Shown: one piece after another, positions 44,311-57,669 of the stretch
Layout of the letters: each line of letters starts with the position of its first letter
How positions within the stretch are numbered: the first letter of the stretch is position 1
Assembly: GCF_009914755.1 (NCBI RefSeq)
Contig: NC_060928.1
DNA: 64,000 nucleotides
From: the human T2T-CHM13v2.0 reference genome, Homo sapiens
Strand: one strand, 5' to 3'
The notes under the pieces: generated by a model
What the model was told of the DNA's origin: nothing
Database searches by the model: none
The model's input: only the letters and a program-made list of their open reading frames with translations
Translations under genes and position numbers: made by a program

Positions 44311-46291
44311 CATTATTTCATTTAATACTTAAATAGTAAAACAAAATAACACTAATTAGCATCTGATAGCCTTTAAAAATAGAACACGGAATAATTCATT
44401 TTAATAACTGTACATTTTTAAGAATTATATACTGAAATAGTTAACGTACTAGTTGCCATTCTTTCATTTCATTAAAAGAAATCTCTTCCTCTATTTGCCA
44501 TTTCATTAACCTACTCTAGTTACTCTGGATAGTTAACCATAAAATTTAACTTTTAATAAAAATAAGTCCATAATCAGAATATCCTCTATCCTCAGCCCAA
44601 ATTTCTGAAGGTTTAATATATTTTAATAAAAAGCAAATAATCCTGTAACTTGTACGGAAATGTGTATTCACCCTCTCTTTTTCTCTCCCTCCTTCTACTA
44701 ACTTTAACTAAAAGCTGGCTACTGCTACCAGTATTTCCACAGCCTACACATTTCTTTTCAACATATGCATTCTATCTAAGTTGTAAAGAAAGGGACACAA
44801 GGATAAATTTTAAAACCACATTTAGGAAGAAGATCACTATGTTTATGTAATGAGTATAATAACCCAGCTTCACATGTCTTTCCATCACATCTCTTGCTTT
44901 GCCTTTAACCAGTGTGAAAAATCTTTGTTAATTGTATTGCCTTTTAATATAATTATATCCCTCCCAAAAGAAAATAAGTACATACTATTATACCATACCA
45001 ATATAACATTAATTTGGAAATAGAAATTAAAATATATTCAGGAGACTTAGGGTTAAAGCCCTAATAGGCTTAACTGCAGAAGGATCTTTCATTACATGAT
45101 CACATGAAATTGGGCCAGTGACAGATTATGTAGTAAATAATATTCAGGAAAATATTTATCTATAATCTCTTTATCTTACATATATAACATTCTGTGTGAC
45201 TGCATACACTAATATATAATCTCATACTGAAAGAGTGTATTATAAATACATACAAAGGGGTTATAGCTATGCCAAAAGTAAAAAAAGAAAAAAGAAAAAA
45301 AAAAACCTCTTGTCTTTTATGCTATTAAATCTCCAACATAACACTGTATTAATTTCTTGCATAAATTCAAATAACTTGTACAAATATTTGTTTTTAAAAC
45401 ATGGGCATGCCACCACCAGTCCAGTCCAATAGCCCATCTACTCTAACAGCCTGTCTTTGACAGTGACCAATGATGGATGCCTCACAGGATAGCATACATA
45501 TAACATAATGTATATAATTATGTACCACTACACATTATCCCTAGTGGTAGTTAGATTATATCCTGAAAAAAATTAAAACAAATCATAACGCCTCTCCCAC
45601 AAACACTCTATAATTTCTCATAAGGTAATGCAAAACCTCCAATAAAGCACATACTTAACCATAATATAAGCCAACGCTTTGTATGACAACTAAAATGAGA
45701 AGCTGAACCCAGAAACAGAACGTAAGCTCATCAAAACATGATTTGTCAAAGGGGGATTTTCAATGAACTGAAAAGCATCTGATTCACTCAATTAAAAAGA
45801 ATCATTTGCAAAACAAATGAGCAAAATTTAACTAAAGCTTTTAAAAAAGCAAACTACAATTTCTACCCAAGCCATAACATTTTATGATATGTAATACCAT
45901 TTTCCAGAGTGTATGATAGTATGACAATGCCTGTATTTTTAACTCCTCAGAGAAATGACATTCACACCTGTGTCATCATGGTTTTAAATTAAGCTTGAAC
46001 TTATTAAATGCTCATCTAGTGTGCAAAGCCACATAATGCAAAAATCTTGGTTTGGTCTTTCAGGAAGCACTGCTTCCTAAACAATTACAGAGAAAAAAAA
46101 ATGTACTACATTTTTAAAGACCTTTGGAAAAGATAATTCTCTTGGTAATGTATGTAGGTATTGATTTAACAACTCTTGTTGTCAGGAAATAATACCTGAC
46201 CTAAATCTTCCATGGTAAAATCTGAAATCATTTTCTCTTTTTCTGACCTCAAATAAGTTAGAAAACAACGAATCATATAATATTTCACATA

Positions 46292-47169
46292 CATTCATGT
46301 GTTGCATAACAATGTTTCTATCAACAACGGGCTACATATATGATGGTGGTCCCATAAGATTATAATGGAGCTTTTATACCGTATTTTTACTGTACCTTTT
46401 CTATGCTTAGACAGATAAATACTCACCATTGTGTTATAACTGCCTACAGTATGGGAACATGCTATACAAGTTTGTAGCCTAGGAGCAATAGGCTGTGCCA
46501 TATAGCTTAGGTGTGTAGTTGGCCATACCATATAGGTTTGTGTAAATACACTCTATGTGATGGTAAATATTAAGTGTCAACTTGATTGGCGTGAAGGATG
46601 CAAAGTATTGTTCCTGCATGTGTCAGTGAGGGTGTTGCCAAAGGAGATTAACATTTGAGTCAGTGGACTGGGAGAGGCAGACTCACCCTCAATCTGGGTG
46701 GGCACTCTCTAATCAACTGCCAGTATGGCTAGAATAAAGCAGATTTGCTGAGTCTTCCGGCCTCCATCTTTTTCCTGTGCTGGATGCTTCCTGCCCTCGA
46801 ACATGAAACTCCAAGTTCTGTGGCTTTTGGACTGTTGGACTTACACTGGTGGTTTGCCAGCGGCTCTCAGGTCTTCAGCCACAGACTGAAGGCTGCACTG
46901 TTGGCTTCCCTACTTTTGAGGTTTTGGGACTCGGACTGATCCACTACTGGTTTCCTTGCACTTCAACTTGCAGATGGCCTATCGTGGGACTTTACCTTGT
47001 GATCATGTGAGTCAATTCTCCTTAATAAACTCCCTTTCATATATACATCTATCCTATTAGTTCTGTCCCTCTACAGAACCCTAATATATACTCTATAACG
47101 TTCACACAATGAAACTGCCTAACAATACACTTCTTAGAACATATCCTGTTGTTAAACAACACATGACTA
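46292..47169 (+). mobile_element. Tigger3 (MER7)-type DNA transposon split by MLT2A
   Basis: TA|ca.tcatgtg ... cacatgacta|TA termini; internal ggtggtcccataagattataat and gtttgtagcctaggagcaataggct. Confidence 0.85.
46556..47090 (+). mobile_element. MLT2A2-like (HERV-L) solo LTR
   Basis: TGTGATGGTAAATATTAAGTGTCAACTTGATTGG start, ttagttctgtccctctacagaacc end, 535 bp, 5-bp TSD CTCTA (46551-46555/47091-47095). Confidence 0.9.
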
Positions 47170-47827
47170 TATTTGAAAACCTTTATTAATGTCTCTTTTT
47201 CTAAGTCACTGCATTGCAGAACTAGGAACCAAAAACCAGTCATGTACTGAGTTCAGTTTTATAATTTTTCTCTGCTATCTATCATTTGAGACAGGTCTCA
47301 AAATTACTAACAAACCCATAATTTTTACCAAGAACCACTCTTCTCCCTAGTACACTCTTTCTCAAAAAAAAAAAATTATATTTCAGAAAAAAAACAAAAA
47401 TTTAGAAGAGGAAGTTTATAAGAGACAGGAGCAAGAAACAATGCATATAAAATTCCAATGTAGACACTTCTTTCTTCCCTAAAATAGGAGATCATTCAAT
47501 GAAATGCATCGCTCAAAACCTCTGGGACAGAGCTGAAACTGCAATGCAATATCATAAAATCTGCAGCTGTGTTGCTGTTCTTCATAATCCATGCTGCTTT
47601 CCTAGACCACAGGAAGCCAAAACACACACTGTCAGAACTAAACTTACCTTCACAGGAATTGACCAAAGCAGCGGAGCAGTTATAATAGACCACGCATCAA
47701 AACAGTTATTGAAAAGATTGTACACACTCTTAGGAATTTTCTACTCAAATAATTTGCTCACTCCAGAAAAGCTGTTTCCAAATATCAAATATTTCTTTGT
47801 AGGAATTAAAACTACAGGATAGGCAAA

Positions 47828-48337
47828 TGTCTCAATAAGTCCTCTGTTTGGGCTGCCATAACAAATGGCATAGACTATGGCCTAAACCACAAACATTATT
47901 TCTCAAACTTCGGTAAGTAAAGTCCAAGATCAAGGTACTGACGGATTCAGTATCCAGTGAGGGCATTCTTCCTGGTTCGCAGACAGCCACCTTCTTGCCT
48001 ATCCTCACATGGCAGAGAGAATTATCTCTCTCATGTCTCTTATGAAGGCATTAATCCCATTCTCTTTTTTAATTAAATAGAGACAAGGGTCTCACTATGT
48101 TGGCCAGGTTTGTCCGAAACTCCTGGCCTCAAGCAATCCCCCTGCCTTGGCCTCCCAAAGTGCTGGGACTACAAGCATTAGCCACTGCGCCCTGCCAGAT
48201 GTCATTCTTAAGGGCTCCACTCTCATGACCTAATTACCTCCCAAAACCCCACCTCCAGACACCATCATTTTGGGGATTAGGTCTTTGACATATAAATTGG
48301 GGGTGGTGGGGGGACACAAACATTCTGTCCACAACAG
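47828..48337 (-). mobile_element. MLT1A-type LTR carrying a FLAM_C/Alu monomer (~48064-48196)
   Basis: gggctgccataacaaa...aagtccaagatcaagg...ggggacacaaacattc...aca; ends ~40 nt from the exon 4 donor. Confidence 0.8.
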
Positions 48338-48379
48338 CAAGTAAACTGTACCATACATAAACAAGCAGTAATAACTTAC

Positions 48380-48509
48380 TTTTATTGCCTACCAAGGCAA
48401 CCAGTGGCTGAGTTTCTGACTCCTCGCTCACTTTCTTCACCACAGTATACCAATCTTCTAAATTCTCAAAGCTTTGATAATTTGTAATATCATATACCAA
48501 GAGGACTCC
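48380..48509 (-). CDS. RAB28: RAB28 internal coding exon (exon 4 by recalled numbering), ending in the NK of the NKxD G4 motif
   Basis: Minus strand reads ...cttttgtgacag|GGA GTC CTC TTG GTA TAT GAT...GGC AAT AAA A|gtaagt = [43 protein letters not shown]+1 nt. 130 nt; its phase-0 start matches the upstream exon; overlaps ORF 48234..48500. Confidence 0.96.
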
Positions 48510-48869
48510 CTGTCACAAAAGAGTTACAAAATATCTGTAATGTATTATTTGGTGAAAAAATCTTAATGAATACTTGCGTAATGCTTCAGATATGTCAAAA
48601 TGGGTATAAAAATACAAATGTGTAGTGTTTTATATATAAACTTCCATTTAAATTGCTTACTAGCAGATTGATAATACTGAATGTTTTCATTCAAGATAAA
48701 TCCAGCAACTAAGATGCAATGCAAGCTAAAACATAATGTTATCAAAATTGTAAGTGGTCTTCCAATAAGATATCTGGAATATGCTTGGTAAGTTACAGTA
48801 AATATAAGAAAATCATATCAAAGAAGTAGAAAAGGCTACAACATCTACAATCCTACCTCTCACTTTCAT

Positions 48870-49430
48870 GAGGTCAAGCATTTAAACCTTTCAATAAATA
48901 ATCATCTGCTGCTACTCTTTTTAAATATTTTCAAAAACAGAGATTCCATGATATCCCTTGATAGACAATTTAAGTGTTTAACACAATTTTCTTTAAATGA
49001 AATGTCGATTTCCTCTTTTAGTCCACTGTGCATTTGGAGAACTTGAGAGTATCTTTCTTAAACTAACCCTTCATATACTTGAGCAGAGTTAAGTAACTCC
49101 TTTACCATCTCCTTTCCAGAGTAAACAAACTCAGTTCCTTAAACTTGCCTCGAAGGGCCTATTTTTCTATCCCTTTAATCATAGTTGTTGATTCTTCCCA
49201 GGACACACTACATATAGTTTTTTGACATCCTCTTTAAAATAAGCAATGTAAAACTGGACGTAATACTGTACTAAGAGTCTCAGCAATGCCAAATACAACA
49301 GAAGGATTGCTTCCTGCCTCTTATATATCATATTCCTTTTAATTTATCTCATTATTTTGTGTGGGAAGGAGAAGTATATATGCACACAGAAATAACTACC
49401 ACATTCTTGATTCTCATCCAGTTTGTGGTC
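48870..49430 (-). mobile_element. L3/CR1 fragment
   Basis: tttccagagtaaacaaactcagttccttaaac; aactggacgtaatact...gtctcagcaatgcc resemble the reverse of CR1 ORF2. Confidence 0.6.
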
Positions 49431-49509
49431 AAACACTTAATACAAAGCTCTACATACAGTATAAGCCCGGACCCTAATGGCATTTATGTCGACTTCTTAG
49501 GTTGTAACA

Positions 49510-49700
49510 GTAGTAATCAACTACTTTTGTGCACCTATTGTATACCAGACACACGTCAAGGTCTCCTCATTAATCCTCACACCAATCATGAAAGGCTGGT
49601 ATTATTATTCCCATTTTAAACAATAAACAGAGGTTAAAATAACCAAGGTCATACTGATAGGTAAGTGATGGAGCCAGTATTTGAACCAAAGACTAAATAA
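49510..49700 (-). mobile_element. MIR
   Basis: tattattattcccattttaaa...cagaggttaaaataaccaaggtcatac...ggagccagtatttgaacc. Confidence 0.7.
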
Positions 49701-49834
49701 TTAAAAACATTTGTCTGTCAACTAAACTCCAAGCATTGTGCTGGATTCCTACGGATTTAAGTTCCAAACCATAAGGAACTCACAGTCTTGCAGCAAAACT
49801 AAACACACAAACAAGTATAGAACACAGTAGTCAT

Positions 49835-50248
49835 AACTAGTGAGACACTGGTAAATATTAATCAATTGGCTTGGGGTTCAGGGCCCAGCAGGGGTGACAG
49901 TTTGCCGTAATCTTTGCCAATTTTCATGGTGTAAATGCTAGCCTGCGGTCATTTTTAAGCTATCAATGTGATACCACTGAACAGAGTTGGGGAGGTCACC
50001 ATTATAAAACATTTCCACCATATAGATACAGCAGATGTAAACAACCTTGAGAACACAGATAACAGAAATACATAGTAAAATAATTAGTGATAGAGATTAG
50101 GCATATAATACCTTTGTTTTAATATAATGTGTGACTTTATACATAATTTTTCATTGTAAAAGTTTTTAATAACTGGCTCACAAAAACTGCTAAAAATTTA
50201 ACAATTAACTCTCTGAAGCTAGAGCAAGCCAGCCCTAGCATACTTCTG
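49835..50248 (-). mobile_element. MER63-type hAT DNA transposon
   Basis: tttgccaattttcatggtgtaaat...aactggctcacaaaaactgctaaaaatttaacaat...gccagccctagcatac. Confidence 0.7.
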
Positions 50249-51050
50249 TTATGACCTTCCAGGATTATTATTCTCGTTTATTAAACCATATTGGTCCCCA
50301 AGTTACCTAGCTTCTCCAGGTCTCAGGTTTCTTATCTCTAAAATTCGATATTTGAGTTAGATGGTCTCTAAGATCCCTTTCGCTTTAAATATTCTATAAT
50401 ATACAAAATCACTCGTCTGGTTCATTTTGGTCACTTGAACATCTGTCTGTCTTCCAAGACGCTTTGAAATAATGCCCAACACAGAATTATCTAAAACAAA
50501 GAGTATCTCACTTTCTTATTAAGAATAAAGCCCCAGAACTGATATCTGAAGAAGATTAATCTTCAAGCTACTGGCCCCACCTCCAACTGCCATGGGTGAT
50601 ATATTATTTGTTGAAAAGAGCTCTACGCTGGAACTCAGGTTGCTGTTGGATTCCAGTCCTGACCCCATCTATTGATCTTGGGCAACATTCGTTACCTCAC
50701 TTTTAAAATACCTGATATGCCTACATTATAAAGTGAAATAACAAAAGTACTTATTTTAAAATTAACATACCACATGCAATTGTAGATTTTTCTTGTTATC
50801 ATACTAAGTGAACAAGAATCACATTTTCATGGCAACTTTGAGGTAGGTTTTAAACTCACAAATAAAGCCTAGGCCTATGCCTCTTAAGACTTTTTGAACC
50901 CTTCTGATTAATATATGAAAACCTTTATCCCAACATGGGACAACACCTGAATATGGTAAAATATATGCAAATAAAACATGGCCACCATCTACTGATAATC
51001 AGTACAGGATGAGAGATATGGAACAAACATTAAAAACTGTTGTTCTAGAC

Positions 51051-51274
51051 CACAAATTGGTAAACTATGGCCCATGGGTCAAATCTGGCCCACACTGTGT
51101 ATCTGTAGATAAACTTTTACTGAAATATAGTCACAATCATTTGTTTAAGTATTATCAATGGCTGCTTTTGTGCTACAACTGCAGAGCTGAGTGGCTACAA
51201 CAGAGACAACATGGCCTGCAAAGCATAAAATATTTACTATCTAGCTCTTTTCAGGAAAAATCTGCCAATCTCTG
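51051..51274 (+). mobile_element. MER58A
   Basis: aaactatggcccatgggtcaaatctggccc...gaaaaatctgccaatctctg; 8-bp TSD ttctagac/gtctagac. Confidence 0.85.
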
Positions 51275-53400
51275 GTCTAGACAAATGTGTCCCAACATTT
51301 TTCAGTTGGTGATTCCTAGAAATCTTCCAGGATTCACAAAAAAATATAGAAGGATAAACTCCTGTTCACTCACCTAGCTATCTAGCAACACAAACATCTC
51401 CCTGTTCATATTATCAGTACCATTTATAATGTAAAAACTATTATTTTTCCTTGTTCTTGCCATCATAATTAGTACCACTGTGGTGAAATTCTGAGACGAA
51501 AAAGTGAGAAAACTAAAAATATTAAAATATAAAAGGAATTATAGGACCTTCACTTTCAGCTCTGACATGTAAAAAAAAACCATGAAAGTCATCACTCCTG
51601 ACCTTACAATAAGAAAAAGGCAGAACAAACTGAAAAATCAGTGACTTTTCTTGGACTGATCAGAAAACTGATATTGCAAGGCAAATCATCACCCTGAAAT
51701 CTGGAGAGACAAACAAATCCAAAAAGTTACAGCCAAGATCTGCCTACCTGGAGTAGCAGCCACTAGTAACAGTAATGATAATTTTGACGAACTGCTGGAG
51801 GCTGACTGAGGTTTAGCTTAAGAGTGAGGAACTCCTAGGGGCCCCCTCAGTCTTAGGGGCTACCTCCACACTTGCATGGATATACCACCAGATTCCAGAT
51901 ATCCCACCAGATTATCAGTAAAGAGCCAAGAAAGATCCTCTCAAGGCTCTGGCATGAAGAGAGGAAAAAAGTAACCATTGTGAAATATGCCCAGAGCATT
52001 ATCCATAAAAAAGGCATACTCTGCAGAATAAATGGCTTAATCAGAACATTGTATTCCATCTGGAAAGGGAAGTTCCCAACTCCAGCCCCCTGTAGCCGGT
52101 CTGTCTCATCTAACTGGGAGGAGCAAAGAAACACTAGTGAAGGTCACAGTCCCGAAATACAAGCCCACTAAAGACTAAAACTTTATCATAAGAATATAGT
52201 ATGCTTCTCCTCCCCCATACTTTACCACAACACTACCAGGGCACCAACATCTGAAAGAGCTGCAAGACAGATTTCACCTAAAGAGTTCTTGGAGACACCA
52301 AAAAAGACTGTGAGGCAAAAACAAGGATGCTAGAGGAATCAATGCCTCTGGCACCCACAGCTAAAGTAAACACTAAATGCAGCACAGTGTAAAGCCTCAC
52401 ACTAAAATTCTATTTACCTGAATCTTATTACTCAGTATATCATGTCCAGCTTTCAATACAAAATTACAAGGAATTTCAAAAGGTAATTTGAAGAAAGAAA
52501 GCAAGCATCAGAACAAGACTCAGATATGAAACAGATTTTGTAATTACTAGACAGGCAATTTTAAGTAACTATGACTAATATGTTGAGGGTTCTAAAGGAA
52601 AAAGAAAACAACATGCAAGCACAGATAGGGATAATAAAACAAGGGATAATAAAAACAAAATGCTAGATATCAAAAACACTATAACAGAAATAAAGAATGC
52701 CATTGTTGGGTACATTGCTGGACACGGCATAGGAAAAAAACTCACTGAGCTTAAAGACAGGATAATAGAAACTTCTACAACTGAAATGCAAAAAGAAAAA
52801 AACAACGAATAAAACAGAACATTAAAGAACAGTGGGACAGTCCCAAGTAGGTACATCATACGCACAGCTGAAATATCAGAAGAAGAGAGAATCAAGTTTA
52901 GGAAGTATTTGAAGTAACAGTCACTAAGAAACTGCCAAAATTAATTAGACACCAAACCACATATTTAAGAATCTCAGAGAACACCAATTTGGATAAATAC
53001 CAAAAACTCTATACCTAGGCATATATTCAAATTGCTCAAAAGAAAAAAAAAACAGAGAAATCTTGAAAGAAGCTAGAAGAATAGGGAAAATATCCTATCT
53101 ATAAATGAAAAAGCATAAAAATTACAGAGAATAGCTCATCAGAAACCATGCAAATAAGAAGAGAACAAAGTGAAATTTTAAAGTACTGACAGAAAATTTA
53201 AAAAAAAAACTACCTAGAATTCTATACCCATAAAAATTATCAAAAGTAAAGGAGAAATAAAGATCTTCTCAGAAAAACAAAAGTTGAGAGCATTCATTGT
53301 CAGCAAACCTGCTCTGAAGGAAATATTAAAAGAGGTTATTCAGGGAGAAGGAAAATGATATGGGTCAGAAACTAAACTCTACATAGGAAAAAAATGAGTA

Positions 53401-53434
53401 CCATGAAAAAGCTCAAATAACCAAGGCAATCATG

Positions 53435-53471
<37 letters not shown>

Positions 53472-55025
53472 CTGCAGGCATCATACTACTTGATTTGAAA
53501 CTATACTACAAAGCTATAGTAATTACAACAGCATGGTACCGGCAAAAAATAGACACATTAACCAACAGAACATAATTAGAGAGTCCAGAAATGAGCCATA
53601 CATGTACAGTCAATTGATTTTTCAACAACAGAGCCAGAAATACACAATGGAAAAAGGATAGCCTCTTCAATAAATGGTTTTGGGAAAACTAGATATCCAC
53701 ATGCAGAACAAAATTGGACCCTTATCTCACAACATATACAAAAACCAACTCGAAATTGATTAACAATTTCAAAGTAAGAACAGAAACTACAAAATTACTA
53801 CAAGAAAATGTATGGAGGAAAACTACAAAATATTGGTCTGGGCAATAATTTTTTGAATTTGACTCCAAAACCACAGACAACAAAAGCAATAAGCAAAGAG
53901 GAAAACTAAAAAGCTTCTGTGCAGCAAAGGAGGAAAAAATTAACAGTGTGCAGAGACAACCTACAAATTAAAATATTTTCAAGTCATACATCCAATAAGG
54001 GGTTAACATCCAAAATATACGAGGAACTCAAACAACTCCAAAGCAAAACAAAAAACTAAATTTAAAAATTGGCAAGAGACCCATAAAGACATTACTCAGA
54101 AGACAAATGGCTAACAGATATATTTTTTAAATGCTGAACATCATCAGAGAAATGCAAATTAAAAGCAAAATAAATTACCCTCTTATACCTGTCAGAATGG
54201 CTATTATCAAAAAGATGAAAGATAACAAGTATCAGTGAGAATATAGAGAAAAGGGACCTCTGTACACTCTCAGTGAAAATGTAAATAAGAATGCCATTAT
54301 GGGAAACTGTATGGAGGTTCCTCAAAAAAACTAAGAATATGATCCAGCAATCCTACTTCTGTGTATTTACCCAAAGATTTGAAATCAGTTTGTCAAAGAG
54401 GTTTTTGCACTCCCATGTTTGTTGCAGCACTGTCACAATAGCCAAGCTATGTAATAAACCTAAGTGTCCATCAACAGATGAATGGATAAAGAAAATGATG
54501 TATATATGCATAACGGAATACCATAAACCTAAAAAAAGGAAAAGTCTCTCATTTGCAACAGCATGAATGGAATTGGAAAACATTAAGCTAAGTGAAATGA
54601 GCCAGGCACAAAAAGACAAATGTTGCATGTTCTCACTTATGTGAAATCTGAAGTAATCAAACTCACAGAAGTAGGGAGTAGACTGGTGGTTGCAGAGACT
54701 AGGGGTTGGGGGAAATGGGGAAATAGTCAAAGGGTACAAAATCTCAGGAGATATAAAGATTTTTTTTTGAGAACTATTGCACAGTGTGGTTAAAACAGTT
54801 AATAATTATTATGTATCATACATTTCAAAATTGCTAAAAGACTAAATTTCAAATGTTCTCAACATAAAAAAGTTATAAGTACTTGAGATAATGAATATGC
54901 TAATTGGCTTGAATTAATTATTTCACATTGTATTGATAAATCATAACATCACTCTGTACTCCATAAATATAACCGATTATAAACTTCCAGTTTACAATAA
55001 AATTTAACATTTTTTAAATAAAATC
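53401..55025 (+). mobile_element. 5'-truncated L1MA (MA5-8-like)
   Basis: ORF2 3' part and L1MA 3' UTR (catttcaaaattgctaaaagactaaatttcaaatgttctc...tacaataaaa); flanks gaaaaaaatgagta / gaaaaaaaagtgagta. Confidence 0.8.
53437..53470 (+). repeat. (CA)17 microsatellite
   Basis: Direct read of the sequence. Confidence 0.95.
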
Positions 55026-57382
55026 ATACAGGATGAAAAAAAAGTGAGTATCAGAAAAGGAAAAAATGAAGATAACATAATATCAATTATTTTTCTTATT
55101 GTTAATTGATATAAAATACAACTGTTTAAAGTAATAATAATGCACTGGATGATTATAGCATATAGATAAGTGAGATGAATGACAGCCATGCCATAAGGGA
55201 CAAAAAGGATGAACTGAGAATATTCTGAGGGACTTGCACTACACATGAAGCAATACAGTGTCATTTAAACACTAAATTTAGTTAAAAATGTATATTGCAA
55301 ACTCTAGAACAATCACTAAAAAAATTCTGAAGTATGACTGATATGCTAAAACAGGAGAGAAAATACTCAAATAAAACCAGAGAAAGCAGAAAAAGAGGGG
55401 ATAAGAAACAAAGAACATGTGCAAAGAATAGAAAACAAACATGACAGATGTTAACCCAGCTATATCAATAAACACTTTGTATGTGAATTTAATACACAAA
55501 TTAAAAGACATATTGTCAAAGGAGATGAGAAAACAAGACTTGACTGTATATTGCCTACGGAAAACTGACCTTACATATAAAGACACAAACAGGTTAATAG
55601 TAAAGGGATAGAAAAATAGCATGAAAACATTAATGAAAAGAAAGCTGGAGTAGCTATATAATTTGAGACAAAGCAGACTTCAGAATAAGGAAAATTAACA
55701 AGTTTAAAGACTGGCATAATAAGTCAGTCCTCCAAGAAGACATAACAATCCTCTCTATATATGCACCTAATAAGAGGGCATCAAAATATATGAGGCCAAA
55801 ACTGACAGAACTGCAAGGAGTTCCAAATCTGCAGATCCCCCTAGAGTTGAAGACTTTTTTCATTAAGCAAACAGAAAATCAGTAAGGGTACAGTTGATCT
55901 GAACAACACTAACAATCAACTTCATCTAATTGACATTTATAGACTACGGTATTCATTAGAATACGTACTATTCCCTAGCTCTCACGGTACATTCACCAAG
56001 ATAAACTACATTCTGGGCCATAAAATATACCTTAATATGTTTGTAAAAACAGAAATCACACAAACCACATTCTCAAACTATAACCAGAAATCAGTAACAG
56101 TAAAATAGCTTTAAAAACTCAAAGTATGTGAAGATTAAACAACATATTCTAAATAACACAAGCATCAAAGAAGTCTCAAAAATAATTTTAAAATAGTTTG
56201 AACCAAAAAAAAAACATATGCAACCTACCAAAACTTGTGGAATACAGCAAAAGCAGTGCTTAGGGAAAGTGTTTAGCATTGAATGCATATATTAGAAAAG
56301 CAAAAAAATCAATAATCTAAGCTTCCACTGTAGGAAACTAGAGGAAGAAGAGTAATTTCAGTCAAAAGCGAGTAGAAGAAAGTAATTAAAAATTAGGGAA
56401 GAAATCACTGAAATTAAAGAAGAAAACAACAGAGAAAATCAACAAAGCCAAAAGCTGTTTTTTTTTTAAAAAAAAAAGATCAATAAAATTGACAAACCTC
56501 TAGTCAGGCTAACCAAAAACAAAGGGAGGGAGAGAGAAGACACATATTAACAACAGTAATTAATATGGGTTTTCACTACCGATCCCATAGACATTAAAAA
56601 GATAATATAAACAACTTTGTGACCACAAATTTGACAATATAAATAAAATGGACCAAATCTTTAAAAGACACACATTACCAAAACTATTGACTCTCAGGGC
56701 CTCTACTCACCAGCCTCAAAGCCAGACCTCTAAGTACTCACCTCTTCAGGAGCCATAATACAAGCACCCTCAAATCCCTAAGTTTCTGACCACGTCAATC
56801 AACCCAGAACTCTTCTGATCCCTTCCAGAAAACTACTGGAATCTTCCAAGCCACAAGAAAGTAAAACTTCCTCAAACATGGAATATATCTTGAAATCTAC
56901 TTGGGAACTCCTGGATCTAATTTTCTTGGCAATCTTATGGTCATCTAAATCCATCACCATGTCTCATGTCCCAGATAACTTTTGTTATCAACCACATATC
57001 TGACATTTATCTCTCTCCTATGTCTTCATGTCTTCATCCCCATACCATCCTTTCCTTCCACTTCTCAATTTACGTTCCAGCTGCTGTTCTTCTTCCCAAA
57101 TCTTTTACATGACCTTTGGAAATCAGATTTCAAGTTTAATAAATCCCTCTTCAACAATAGTTTCCTTCATTTTATGCCTTAACTGCCTTCCTCCAACTTC
57201 AGTTCCAAGAAAATACTACCATCCGTAGTATTTTGTAAACTTCAAGATTTTTAGTAAGTATTATATAATGTTAGTTTATATAGTACTTCGTTTTCATCTA
57301 TTTCACTTACTACCATATCTAATAAGCATGATGAGTGAGTAAATCAAATGGATACCATTTTCAAGGTAATAATCGACAGCAA

Positions 57383-57669
57383 TTTTCTTTTTTAAGAGAT
57401 GGGGTCTTGCTCTGTTCCCCAGGCTGGAACGCAGTCATGGCTCACTGCAGCCTCAAACTCCTGGACTCAAATAATCCTCCCATCTCAGCCTCTCTAGTAG
57501 CTAGGACTACAGGCATGTACCACAGTGCCCAGCTAATTTTTTAAATTTTTTTGTAGAGAAAGGGTCTCACTATGTTGCTGAGGCTGGTCTCATGCTCCTA
57601 ACTTCAAGCAATTGGCCTACCTTGGCCCTCTAAAGCACTGGGATTACAGGAATGACCCAATGGCCTGGA
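57383..57669 (-). mobile_element. AluJ
   Basis: Diverged dimer with gctcactgcagcctcaaactcctgg. Confidence 0.88.

Larger units (their letters stand above)
51545..56690 (+). mobile_element. Old L1M (L1MC/MD-like) 5' UTR, ORF1 and ORF2 EN remnants, interrupted by a younger L1MA
   Basis: acttt cagctctgacatg start; ORF1-like ctcatcagaaaccatg...cctagaattctatacc; EN-like tatgcacctaataagagggcatcaaaata. Confidence 0.7.

Noticed and set aside
48234-48379. Open frame continuing past exon 4 ([10 protein letters not shown]...WGFGR)
   Set aside because: Read-through of a GTAAGT donor into intron and MLT1 sequence; not part of the Rab fold.
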